IMG/VR virus record: IMGVR_UViG_3300035698_025391
DNA length: 64,000 nt
Reading direction: 5' to 3' (one strand)
Source: an uncultured virus (IMG/VR IMGVR_UViG_3300035698_025391)
Lineage: Duplodnaviria; Heunggongvirae; Uroviricota; Caudoviricetes
Shown: positions 43,055 through 52,664 of the stretch, one piece after another
Numbering within the stretch: position 1 is the first letter of the stretch
How the letters are laid out: the number at the start of each line of letters is the position of its first letter
Translations under genes and position numbers: made by a program
The notes under the pieces: generated by a model
Seen by the model: the letters and a program-made list of their open reading frames with translations, nothing else
The model's database searches: none
What the model was told of the DNA's origin: nothing

Positions 43055-43834
43055 TCATGGCTGAAATAATCATTATGACCCATGGACCTGAATATTTTTA
43101 CATAGGAATTGTCCTGATGTTTTTTCGTCTTTGCATGCATTGAATTAACTAACCTCTAAATACATATCAAGGTGGAAAAAATGAGTAAGATTATCACAGC
43201 CTTTGTGTTCATATGCATGGTATTACCTGTCGTAGCACTTTTTGCCGATGATGAATCGACGGGACAAAAGTTGAGACGCGAAGCGGTAGAACTCAGACTT
43301 CGCCAGGCGAAACAACGCAAAATAAGAAGACTGGCTATTGCAAAGAGGCAAGCCAAGAACAAACCGGCCGCTAAAGTCAAGGCCGTAAGGCTACAATTCA
43401 CCCAGGACATAAATCTTAAAGATATACTGACAAAGAGCGGGCTTATCTCCCTCATGAGTCGTGTCAGTGATTGTCCGCAAGCGATGGCCTTTATGAAAGA
43501 GATTGTAGACGCAGGACGGCCCGTCTTGTGTAAAGATCGTGCTGCCATGCTCATCATGGTAAGTATTCAAGAAGCAAAGGAAGCATACGGAACTATAAAA
43601 TAGTACGAATGTAGTGGAAGTACACAACGAATATAATGGAGGTACTCGAAATGTTTTATTGTGAGAAATGTAGAATAAAGAATGAATGGCCTGATGCCTT
43701 TTCACAGTCCATAGGCAAATGCGGGATTTGTGGAAAATATGCTGCGTGCTGGGATCGTCCTTCCAAATATCTACTCTTGTCCAAGCAGTCCAAGCGACTG
43801 CGACTCCAGAAGAAAAAACAATAATACAATTTAA

Positions 43835-43924
43835 GCCGGAATGGCGAAATTGGTATTTCAACGACGTGGCCACACACAACAATATCTTGAACGTTGTCTG
43901 TAGGTTTGAATCCTACTTCCGGCA
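43835..43924 (+). ncRNA. tRNA-like element (Leu-type remnant, no canonical anticodon arm)
   Basis: Acceptor GCCGGAA/TTCCGGC+A, TGGCGAAATTGGTA D-arm start, T-arm GTAGG-TTTGAAT-CCTAC. Confidence 0.7.
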
Positions 43925-43938
43925 CAAGGAGATATCTG

Positions 43939-44733
43939 ATGAAGATTATATCTAAATTTCATGACTATTACGATAGTGCGTCCTGGTATGATTCGGACGC
44001 CACGTGTGTATTCATCAGAAAGACAGAAACATTGGAAAAGCCTCCGTTCAGCATTGTACTGCCAATCCAACTGCCCGAAAGTGATGAGTATTACATCAAT
44101 AGAGAATTTCCCGGTCGTTTAATACGCTACGAAGAGCAAGGGATGATATTCTTCTGTGGCAGGGTAATACCGTATATTATACTATCAGTGGCCGGAACCA
44201 GCTTGGTAAGGTACTTCAACAACCGTGGCAAGCTCCACATAAGTAAAGAGGACATCCGCAAGCAATACTTCTGTTATTCGGCAGATGATGTTTTGAAAAT
44301 ATTCAGAAAGAAAGGAAATAGACAGGATCTAAAATTTTTTATGGGCCAGTCCTGGAAAAGATCTTCCAGTAAAAAACCTAGAACGCCCACCAGGGAGTAT
44401 CGTGTTCATGAGTTTTTTGAAACCACTAAAAATAAACTCGCCAAGGGAAAGATAGCTGACTATCATTTTGAACTGGGGACACCTTATTTTCTCGTGAACA
44501 AAGAGATGTCTCCCAGTCGCGGTTCAAATATCACTGTAAGCCCTGTACTGTCCGAGCTGGAGTTTTTTAGACTTTATTCTCCGCCACAAGCATTTCAAGA
44601 GATCGAAATGTATATAAATGGCATCTTCGGTCGTCAGGCTCCTCCGATGGTAGAGATCTCCGATCAAGTTCGTTTGGAAAAGCACGGATTTTGTCCGAAA
44701 TGGTCCTTTAGAAAAGAACCGGAGGGGAAGTAA
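43939..44733 (+). CDS. Conserved phage hypothetical protein
   Basis: MKIISKFHDYYD...QAFQEIEMY...KHGF..KWSFRK; AAGGAG SD. Confidence 0.7.
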   Translation: MKIISKFHDYYDSASWYDSDATCVFIRKTETLEKPPFSIVLPIQLPESDEYYINREFPGRLIRYEEQGMIFFCGRVIPYIILSVAGTSLVRYFNNRGKLHISKEDIRKQYFCYSADDVLKIFRKKGNRQDLKFFMGQSWKRSSSKKPRTPTREYRVHEFFETTKNKLAKGKIADYHFELGTPYFLVNKEMSPSRGSNITVSPVLSELEFFRLYSPPQAFQEIEMYINGIFGRQAPPMVEISDQVRLEKHGFCPKWSFRKEPEGK

Positions 44734-45249
44734 ATGAGTGAATTTTGCACATTACCTGTTGAATATGAAAAAAGATTCAAGACGGCTGATAGTGAGGTGG
44801 TCCATGCCACCACGTACTTTGATCGTACAGCATGCGGCCTGCGGGTGAAAACGGAGCCAAACCGGAGATGGAGACCTTGGCCGGAACATTGCTGGGACTG
44901 TGTGGAACTTCCAGCAAAAACCCCAATAACATGTGAAAGCTGTCTGAAAGTGATAGCGGCCGATGATACAGTAGTTCCCAAGGCTGATAATCTCCTGTTT
45001 GCTGTCAAAACACCGGAAGGATTGTATCGCAGGCGAAACACCCTTGTGTCTTCCCTCTCAAGGGCTACCCTGTACGCTACATACGAGACTGCTCTCGAAT
45101 CAATATCTAGTATTATGGTTGATCCTGTAACCAAAAGTGTCGTGCCGGACAGGGTTACCGGGAAACTCAAGAGGCGAAAGCGAAGAGGCTTCAATATAGT
45201 CTATGTCTGGTTAGCTGAAAAGTCCCTAACCGAGCAAAGGAAATCTTGA
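44734..45249 (+). CDS. HC3 zinc-finger family protein
   Basis: VVHA..TACG..PITCESCL. Confidence 0.65.
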   Translation: MSEFCTLPVEYEKRFKTADSEVVHATTYFDRTACGLRVKTEPNRRWRPWPEHCWDCVELPAKTPITCESCLKVIAADDTVVPKADNLLFAVKTPEGLYRRRNTLVSSLSRATLYATYETALESISSIMVDPVTKSVVPDRVTGKLKRRKRRGFNIVYVWLAEKSLTEQRKS

Positions 45250-45369
45250 AATGGATATAAAACCCTCTGATATGATCGAAGAAAGAGCGACACGGGCGTT
45301 CAGATTCGCATTGATGGTTGTGTTCGTTGGTATTATCGTGGCCATGATCGTTTGGATCTAAAAATAGAA

Positions 45370-45456
45370 GCCGGGGTGGCGGAATTGGTAGACGCGGCGG
45401 CCTCAAAAGCCGTTGGGCGAAAGCCCGTGTGGGTTCGAGTCCCACCCTCGGTACCA
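45370..45456 (+). tRNA. trnL-CAA: tRNA-Leu(CAA)
   Basis: Full cloverleaf, loop CTCAAAA, long variable arm GGGC-GAAA-GCCC, encoded CCA. Confidence 0.96.
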
Positions 45457-45475
45457 GTTATAATAGGAGACTAGA

Positions 45476-45808
45476 ATGGGTCTTGAAATAAGCTTTGCGA
45501 CAAAAGAAGAATTTGGTATTGGGTTCTATGTGAAATGTGGATGTGGTGCAACCCTTACTCTCTCGATAGCCGAACGAAACAAACTTCTGGATAAGTTTGA
45601 AGCCACACTCGGAAAGATAATAGAGGATAATATTAAAAAGGGACTGCCAGAGGTAGGGCTTCTCATCTCTAACGAAAAAGTCGTGGGCAATTTTAATATT
45701 ACACTCTCCGGAGCTCTTCTACAAAAGGAGGGAGAGATTACTAAAATGTCCCTACAAATTGCCTGTAAGGAGTGTGATGATCCAGTGAAACTAACATTTA
45801 CACATTAG
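45476..45808 (+). CDS. Zinc-binding protein, paralog 1 of triplet
   Basis: MG...KCGCG...CKEC. Confidence 0.65.
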   Translation: MGLEISFATKEEFGIGFYVKCGCGATLTLSIAERNKLLDKFEATLGKIIEDNIKKGLPEVGLLISNEKVVGNFNITLSGALLQKEGEITKMSLQIACKECDDPVKLTFTH

Positions 45809-45834
45809 CAAACTATTGTGATAAGGGGGATAGG

Positions 45835-46155
45835 ATGGGTGGATTGAAAATTGAAGTTTCCAAGCTAAAGAGTGAAAACGGTATTTCACTTACATGTATT
45901 AATTGTGGCCACAAATCGAACAGTCCTAGACAAGATGTAGAGTCTTACCTTGACAGTCTGACGGAATTAATAAAGGAAGTCCAGTTTGGCAACCGCACAA
46001 GTCGGAGGGACGTAAGGGATGGCTTCAGTAATACAATCGATCTGGAAGTTTTGGCCGAGCCTGAACCTCTTATGAAAATACACTCAAAAGTTGCATGTGA
46101 ACACTGCGGTGACATACTGTTAGATGTCAGTTCGATAGACATACAAGATTTCTAA
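45835..46155 (+). CDS. Zinc-binding protein, paralog 2 of triplet
   Basis: MG...CINCG...CEHCG. Confidence 0.65.
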   Translation: MGGLKIEVSKLKSENGISLTCINCGHKSNSPRQDVESYLDSLTELIKEVQFGNRTSRRDVRDGFSNTIDLEVLAEPEPLMKIHSKVACEHCGDILLDVSSIDIQDF

Positions 46156-46177
46156 CTGGATATGGAGGAAGAAACGT

Positions 46178-46498
46178 ATGGGATTTAAATTTGTCATAGT
46201 AGAATCAAAGTTTTTAGGTCAGAAATGTTCGGTCCATTGCGGATGCGGTAATCGTTTGACCATAGGCTTCGCTGCCTTAATGCGTATAGGCAAGCGTATC
46301 GAGAAATACTACCCTGATGCTCACCTCACAGAAGAGGATATAAACGATTCGATGAAGGTCAAAAGATTCAAGGTGACTGTCACAACGAAGAAAATTCACG
46401 CATTAAGAAAGATATACAATCTGATACTCTCAGCGGAATGTATGGACTGTGGTGAAAGTCTAACCGCTGACGTAACTAGCAGATTTGAAGAGAAGTAA
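46178..46498 (+). CDS. Zinc-binding protein, paralog 3 of triplet
   Basis: MG...HCGCG...CMDCG. Confidence 0.65.
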   Translation: MGFKFVIVESKFLGQKCSVHCGCGNRLTIGFAALMRIGKRIEKYYPDAHLTEEDINDSMKVKRFKVTVTTKKIHALRKIYNLILSAECMDCGESLTADVTSRFEEK

Positions 46499-46541
46499 AA
46501 AATTGCCGGGGTGGTGAAACATAGGTAGACACAAGGGACTT

Positions 46542-47256
46542 AATGAATTGAGCACCTGGATAGGAAACTTCCAGAGTGAATGCGGTTAAATTCGGGGAAA
46601 CCTTAACAGACAATGCTGATGGCAATCCCGAGCTAAACTTTGAACATGTTCTTTCCGCGATAAGTGGAGGTCAAAGCATGACAATTAGGGCAAAGTAGAC
46701 GTAGATTATTGAAACTATTATTCGAATTATTCCCATCAATATGGTCTAGTTCAAGTGGTATAAGCTGCCCAAGCCATTTATCTTGGCGACAGTTACTACA
46801 AAAAGGAAACAACAACCCTTCTTTGAGTAGTCGATTCTTGAGCTTGTAAGATTGTATAGGGAATTTATTAGATAAATAGTCCTCAATAGGTTTTTTAAAG
46901 CCAAACTTTTGTCCTTTATTCCATCCTTGACCACGGAAATGGGAAGAGTCAATTTCAAAATGGAATATGGCTTTTCTAATTACATCGTAGTTGCCTCCAT
47001 AAGGAGCAACCCCGAGCTTTTTTAATGCTTGACGATAGCTGTGTGATGTCTTAACAGCCTCTTTTAGCTGCTCAACGGTATATTTTCGTAATTTCATAAG
47101 AACCTCTGTTTATTGAAAGTGTAGAGACTTGACAGCCGCTACCTAAATCACAATGTGATATGGTAAAGAGAAAGTCCAGACCACAAATGCGTTTTAAATA
47201 TCTCTAACAAAATAGAGGTTAATTAAAGTGTAGCAGTGAAAACTGTAGATGGTAAG
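46542..47256 (+). ncRNA. Group I intron (trnL-UAA type, likely IC3)
   Basis: P1 CTTAA/TTGAG with U-G at splice site, P2 GAAA loop, P3 GCGGTT/AGCCGC, P AAATTCGGGGAAAC, Q GGCAATCCCGAGC, R GTGTAGAGACT, S AAGAGAAAGTCC, terminal G before AAAATCC. Confidence 0.93.
46633..47097 (-). CDS. HNH homing endonuclease, antisense within intron P6
   Basis: CSNC...LELDHIDGNNSNNSFNNLRLLCPNCH; own GAGG SD on the minus strand. Confidence 0.9.
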   Translation of the reverse strand: MKLRKYTVEQLKEAVKTSHSYRQALKKLGVAPYGGNYDVIRKAIFHFEIDSSHFRGQGWNKGQKFGFKKPIEDYLSNKFPIQSYKLKNRLLKEGLLFPFCSNCRQDKWLGQLIPLELDHIDGNNSNNSFNNLRLLCPNCHALTSTYRGKNMFKV

Positions 47257-47336
47257 AAAATCCCTCGATCGGAAGGTCATACGGGTTCGATTCCCGTCCT
47301 CGGCACCAATCGCAAGCTAAATTAAGGGGTCATGAA

Positions 47337-47714
47337 ATGGAATATACTTTCAAGGGCAAGGTTAAAAAATGGCAACCACACAATGACGTTGCAGTATATT
47401 TAAGATACGCCAAGTCATGGGCAGAAGCGGCTGCTAAATACCGCGACTACATAGCATACAGCTCTATAAAAGGCAGAGCCCTATTCAACATGAAACATCT
47501 TGTGGCCAGGATAACCAAGCTTTCGGACAAACAACTTGAAAGTGCCGAAGATGTGTGTATGTTTGTAATGGCAAACCTTTATTGTACTGAACGCGGCAAT
47601 TACAATGAGTGGGAAAGTGCTCTATACAAAATCCACAAAGAAATGAACAGGGGCGAAGAGCCTGCCTCCGTAACGGAAGGGTGGCATATCGCCCTACATT
47701 GGTGTAATCCGTGA
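47337..47714 (+). CDS. Helical-repeat family protein
   Basis: KLSDKQLE...C..VM......YNEW. Confidence 0.55.
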   Translation: MEYTFKGKVKKWQPHNDVAVYLRYAKSWAEAAAKYRDYIAYSSIKGRALFNMKHLVARITKLSDKQLESAEDVCMFVMANLYCTERGNYNEWESALYKIHKEMNRGEEPASVTEGWHIALHWCNP

Positions 47715-48688
47715 GTCGATACAAAGTGCTTAAATTACCTAGATGGTTGAACTACAACGAGTTAATACAACATGACCTGGAAGGTAACATTCCAAGGAGC
47801 TGGAAAAGCATTGAGCCCATATTCAATCGTTATGGAAGATACCATGATAGAAAATTGAAGAAAGCTTGGGTGGAGACGGACTTCGGGTGTTGGGAAATTC
47901 CTGTAAAGGAATTCCAATTCGAGTTCAGAATCCAAAATCACAAAAGGCCACCGAGGAAAGTGGTAGAGGCAATATTGACGCTTATCAATTACAACTGCTG
48001 TCCGCAAGAGTTAGTTGACTGGGCATGTTTCGAAGGATTCATTCACGATCTTCATAGAACTTACTGGAAAGGTGTGTCAGGGAGAATAAGAATGCTTGCG
48101 GCAATAAAGGAGTGAGTATGACAACCGATTTTAGAGTGGGCGACCTTATTACGTCAATTACCGAAGCTGGACTCATACTGTCAACTGAACCATGCGACGG
48201 GAAGTTTGAACAGAAACGCACAAGAGCGTGTGCTCTTCGTGGTATTGGTATAGTGTTGGAAACGAACGACATTACAATAGATTATGACACTTGGCCAGAC
48301 GTTTATAAAGGCACTGGGAAATTGACCATAAGATCCTACCATATACGATGTGCAGATGGTGAAGGCTGGGGATCAGCAGTAAAACTAGCACCACCAAATA
48401 CGATCAGATCAGAAGGTAAGATGGAATACAAACTTAAAACAATAGCCAAAAATTGGGCCGATAGCAAGTTCGTTTCCGATTTATTAGAAGGCATAGGACA
48501 AGGGCCTAAATTTACTTTGGAACGAATGCCATCAATGATTGCATCATTGGCGACAGCGGAAGCTGGGTGGCTGTTCCCTGAAGGAGACTTTCCTTTAAAA
48601 TTCAAGGACTATATTTTTGAAAAATGTGCGGAGTTAGTAAAAGAAAAAATTATTAAACACAATAAAAGATGAAAGGATTGGGACTAAT

Positions 48689-48958
48689 ATGACTGCCATG
48701 GCACATGCAATAAAAAAGGAAGTCGCTTTTTTGAAGAAATTCAGAGATAGGTTTCCATCCAAGAAAAATTATAGGGCAGCTTTGGAGGATTTATTAGATC
48801 AAGGACTGATTATGCGTGCGTCATACAATGCTGTTACGAAAGTGTCTGGTACAAGGGCTGTTAAGCCTTTAATGGTCAAAAGCAAACCACGTAAGCGATC
48901 AGACGAACGTGTTGAACTATCCGGTTCGTGCGGTGCCACATGGTCTTCACACTGTTAG
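48689..48958 (+). CDS. Small basic protein with C-terminal SCGATWSSHC tail (possible rSAM substrate)
   Basis: Ends 10 nt before a radical SAM gene; both Cys lie in the last 9 residues. Confidence 0.55.
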   Translation: MTAMAHAIKKEVAFLKKFRDRFPSKKNYRAALEDLLDQGLIMRASYNAVTKVSGTRAVKPLMVKSKPRKRSDERVELSGSCGATWSSHC

Positions 48959-48968
48959 GGGATATACA

Positions 48969-49832
48969 ATGACGGCCTTACAATTCAGGACCAAGTATTG
49001 TGCTTTGAATGGGATGGAACCAGACAAGGTTCCTCATAAGTATGTACACATCTACGTGAGAATGGCTGATGCGTGTCAGGCACAATGCAGATTTTGTGAT
49101 TACCGCAATAAAATTCCAGATTTCAAATTCAATTTGGGAAAATTCAAACAAATGATTGACGCTCTTTTGCTCAAAGGAATCGTTATAAATAAGATAGCGT
49201 TCACCGGAGGCGAGCCTACTTTAAGTCTACACAAGTTGAATGAGTGCATCGCGTACGTAAAAAGCAAATCTCCTACCACGTTTGTGTCAATCAATACTAA
49301 TGGAGCCTTTGCAATCGGTATAAGTCCTTTAGCAGATTGTATCTCATTGTCACGGCATCACTATGATGACAAAGCGAATCAGAAAATATTCGGATCACAG
49401 GCTCCGGATATTGGACATATAAAACTTTTACAGACTAAACACGGCAATCTTCATTTGACATGTAATCTTATAAAAGGATACATTGACAGCCGCAAAGAGG
49501 TATTTAAATTCCTGGAATTTGTAGCCAGTGTTGGCGTTTACAGCACCGGATTCGTAGACTTGATGGCCGCAAATAAATACGCGGAGGATCATGTTGTACG
49601 GCTTCAAGACATTGATTTGACTTCGGAAAGACTTGTTCAAAACAAGCTCTGGGAGTATAATGGCCTCTGTTCATGTAGTAACTATTTATACATACCTACA
49701 TTCGGACAAAAAGTTGTCAAGTTTTACAACCGACACAGTCGTGATCATTTCGTACTCGTAGAGAGCACGGCTGTATTCGACGGGAAAGATATACGGAACA
49801 ATTTTGCCGGAGAAATAATCGACGATATTTAA
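48969..49832 (+). CDS. Radical SAM enzyme
   Basis: CQAQCRFC (CxxxCxxC), FTGGEP, INTNG, ISLSRHHY. Confidence 0.9.
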   Translation: MTALQFRTKYCALNGMEPDKVPHKYVHIYVRMADACQAQCRFCDYRNKIPDFKFNLGKFKQMIDALLLKGIVINKIAFTGGEPTLSLHKLNECIAYVKSKSPTTFVSINTNGAFAIGISPLADCISLSRHHYDDKANQKIFGSQAPDIGHIKLLQTKHGNLHLTCNLIKGYIDSRKEVFKFLEFVASVGVYSTGFVDLMAANKYAEDHVVRLQDIDLTSERLVQNKLWEYNGLCSCSNYLYIPTFGQKVVKFYNRHSRDHFVLVESTAVFDGKDIRNNFAGEIIDDI

Positions 49833-49846
49833 AGAAAGGGGCAGAT

Positions 49847-50320
49847 ATGCCTACTTATGAATGGGAAAAGGTTGATTTTCCAAATGCTAAATCTGGAATC
49901 GTTCATGAGGCAAGGGACGTAGCAACAACCCCCCACATCTGGTTGAATGGATATAACCCACTAAACTACCTTACCACACGATGCGGGAAAGGCTCATGGT
50001 ATAACGAAGTTCCTAAACTTGTTGCTTCGAAAACACCAGTAACTTGTAAAAACTGTCTAAAAACAATACAGAAGGAGGAAAATATGTCTGATAATAAACC
50101 AGTAGGATGGAAGCCGGTATGCGATTTGTGTGCTTACTTCACGGGTAAGGGAACCAGACGCTTTAAATGCTATTGCGGTGACTGCCCTGCAAAAACCATG
50201 GATATGAAGGAGCGAGACTATGTGCTGTCAAGGAGGAGAACTGCCAAGAAAGACGAAACAGATTGTGATCATCGGCGGAACGTGGGACGGAGACGAGGGA
50301 AAACCGTCAAAAGTTGTTGA
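49847..50320 (+). CDS. HC3 zinc-finger protein fused to a second Cys module
   Basis: IVHE..TRCG..PVTCKNCL; internal AAGGAGG SD plus ATG at 50084. Confidence 0.6.
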   Translation: MPTYEWEKVDFPNAKSGIVHEARDVATTPHIWLNGYNPLNYLTTRCGKGSWYNEVPKLVASKTPVTCKNCLKTIQKEENMSDNKPVGWKPVCDLCAYFTGKGTRRFKCYCGDCPAKTMDMKERDYVLSRRRTAKKDETDCDHRRNVGRRRGKTVKSC

Positions 50321-51461
50321 TAGCCTCGTTGAGGGCATTGGAGAGACTGGCTTATTCGGCGAAATCGATAACATCAATGGCGGCAAATTGTGGAATTTCG
50401 AGTTAGATACAAGCCCTATCGGTTCGGAGGACAGAGAGGAAGAGGGCATGGCCCAAGTTCTCGACGATATGATGGAAGTAGCCGGGGATAATGAGGTATA
50501 TCCGGACGTAATCGTTTGGATGCCAAACGTATCCAACGACCTGGCGAAAGAACGTGATGTGAAAGAATACTTCCCCCACGCCGTTCTAGTGACCTCTAAA
50601 AGGAATCTTGAAGGGAAATATAACTTACCGGAAGTGGTGGCACACGGTCTGTCCCTCAAGAGTCAATTGGTGATTGAAATATTGCCGCATGGTAAACATT
50701 TTGCAGTGTGCCTGATGGACACCTTAGGCAATGTATGGTACGCTGGTACTGATTGGAAAGAACTAGGCAAAGCCCTGGCCACCCGTGCTCATTTCATTTC
50801 CACTGTCCATAGACAGGGCACCATACAATCCCCGGAGGAACCTGTAGATTTCATGAACGTTGAACCTGTGGCTTTAATGACAGAGGGCGACAAGAGAAGA
50901 CATGATGATCTGAAGATGTTTCTGAGGATCATCAAAGCGAAGGCCGATGTCTTTCATGCCCTTATCAACCCGCCCAAAGATGTAACACGCTTCCTTGGGA
51001 ACTCTTCATTCAGATGTATGCGGGGATTCCCCAGCATGCGGATGAATGACGGGGCTATCTTTGTATCCAAACGGAACGTGGACAAAAGATTCATCGGACC
51101 TGATGCGTTTGTACAGGTTGGACTGAATATAAAAGCTGACACGGTGTGGTTTAGGGGGGAACATAAACCAAGTGTGGATACAGTGATCCAAGTGCGTCTT
51201 TACCACCTGTTGAAAAACATTAACTACATGTTACATGCACATGTGTATGTGGAAGGGGCACCGTTCACACGCATAATGATACCATGTGGCGGACTGGAGG
51301 AAATAAGGGAAGTATATACCATGATACAACGCTACAGACTTCAGGACAAGCGAAGCTTTGCTGTTAATCTGAAAGGCCATGGCAGTATTATATTCATGTC
51401 CGATCCGCGAGACATTGACCAGTTTACTTTCATAACTAGACCAATGTACGAAAAAATGTGA
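50220..51461 (+). CDS. Protein with C-terminal class II aldolase/adducin-like domain
   Basis: GNSSFR, KPSVD, LY....NYMLHAH, NLKGHG metal-binding pattern. Confidence 0.7.
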   Translation: MCCQGGELPRKTKQIVIIGGTWDGDEGKPSKVVDSLVEGIGETGLFGEIDNINGGKLWNFELDTSPIGSEDREEEGMAQVLDDMMEVAGDNEVYPDVIVWMPNVSNDLAKERDVKEYFPHAVLVTSKRNLEGKYNLPEVVAHGLSLKSQLVIEILPHGKHFAVCLMDTLGNVWYAGTDWKELGKALATRAHFISTVHRQGTIQSPEEPVDFMNVEPVALMTEGDKRRHDDLKMFLRIIKAKADVFHALINPPKDVTRFLGNSSFRCMRGFPSMRMNDGAIFVSKRNVDKRFIGPDAFVQVGLNIKADTVWFRGEHKPSVDTVIQVRLYHLLKNINYMLHAHVYVEGAPFTRIMIPCGGLEEIREVYTMIQRYRLQDKRSFAVNLKGHGSIIFMSDPRDIDQFTFITRPMYEKM

Positions 51462-51471
51462 GGAGGGGGAC

Positions 51472-52071
51472 ATGGAATTTCTGTTAGGTGTTTTCGTAGG
51501 CCTTGGATGGTGGTTTTGGGGGTTGTGTTTTGCTGAATGGTGCCTACTTACCTGGTTCGTTGAATGTGAGATGGCAGCCGCCTCATTGTTAAGTCTACTA
51601 GTATTCGTGGCATGCCTTTGGTGGTTAGCTGATGTTCCGATATGGACTTGGATTAAAGCCAATCCCGGCCTCCTTTTGAGTTACGTTATTTATTATGTGA
51701 TCATTGGGCTTGCCTGGTCAGTCGCCAAGTACTATTTCATACTCAAACGTATGCGAGAAAACATCAAAAAACATAGAGTGGCCTGGGACAAGTACAAGGT
51801 AGACTCATCCGATACGGAAAACAAAAGAAATGCGTGTTCAACGTTCGATCAATTTCTAAACCATAACGATAGTGGTTTTTCAAGCGACTATAAGTTCGAA
51901 AGGAGTTCCAAAAAACTCACCTTCTGGGCATCGTTGTGGCCAACCTCAATGTTCTGGACTCTACTGGACGATCCGATTCGCAAACTCTTCAAGTTCCTAA
52001 TTTTCGACATATTCTCCAGTGTGTACAAATGGATGCATCACAAAATGGTCGGGCAGTACCTGGAGGAATAG
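51472..52071 (+). CDS. Membrane protein
   Basis: Several TM helices; W...WP.S..W C-terminal motif. Confidence 0.65.
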   Translation: MEFLLGVFVGLGWWFWGLCFAEWCLLTWFVECEMAAASLLSLLVFVACLWWLADVPIWTWIKANPGLLLSYVIYYVIIGLAWSVAKYYFILKRMRENIKKHRVAWDKYKVDSSDTENKRNACSTFDQFLNHNDSGFSSDYKFERSSKKLTFWASLWPTSMFWTLLDDPIRKLFKFLIFDIFSSVYKWMHHKMVGQYLEE

Positions 52072-52664
52072 CATGGAGCCAGCCTGTAAACAAGTGATAA
52101 AGTTCTCGGACTTTAAGAATGGCCAACCTTGCCCATGGCGATCCTTTACTGATAAGCACGGCAACTTCGTGAATAGTAAACACTTTCAGTGTAAAGCCAC
52201 TTGGGAACCATGCCGAGCAAAGTGGTGCGGTCCCTGGACAATGTTCAAGTTCATATTGGGCAGGCAAAATACCGATTGGATATTTATTGATGAATGAAAA
52301 ACTACGCTGCCCTATATGTGGCAGCACAAACGTAATAGCAGTCCCATCATTCGATTATGTTAAAATGTGTATTAATGATACCTGTTCCTACAAAAAGGAG
52401 CAGGCAAAAACGATGAGCTGGCGATATCAATTTTCAACAGGAGAGCATAATTGACTGAAGAACGTAAAATACTGTGCTGGACATACAAATGTACATGCGG
52501 GCATACCACCCATTTTATTTTGGGAGGCTCTGCTGATGTTATTTGTCACAAATGCTGGAATTATACAGTGAGCTACCTTGGTCAAAAAGAGGTGAGTCCA
52601 ACGGAATATTACGATTCTCAATTTCCTGGGAGAAAGCACGGACAGAAAACATAGGAGCAATCCG

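Larger units (their letters stand above)
46505..47308 (+). tRNA. trnL-UAA: tRNA-Leu(UAA), split: exons 46505-46541 and 47257-47308
   Basis: Joined exons give anticodon arm AGGGA-CTT/AAAA-TCCCT, variable arm, T-arm and CCA. Confidence 0.93.

Noticed and set aside
45191..45445. Minus-strand ORFs over tRNAs (also 43656-43925, 54047-54232, 54286-54564)
   Set aside because: Antisense shadows of tRNA or tRNA-like genes (MGLEPTR/RDLNSH-type translations)
50241..50255. Non-canonical CTG/ACG start for the aldolase-like gene
   Set aside because: ATG at 50220 already has a well-spaced AAGGAG
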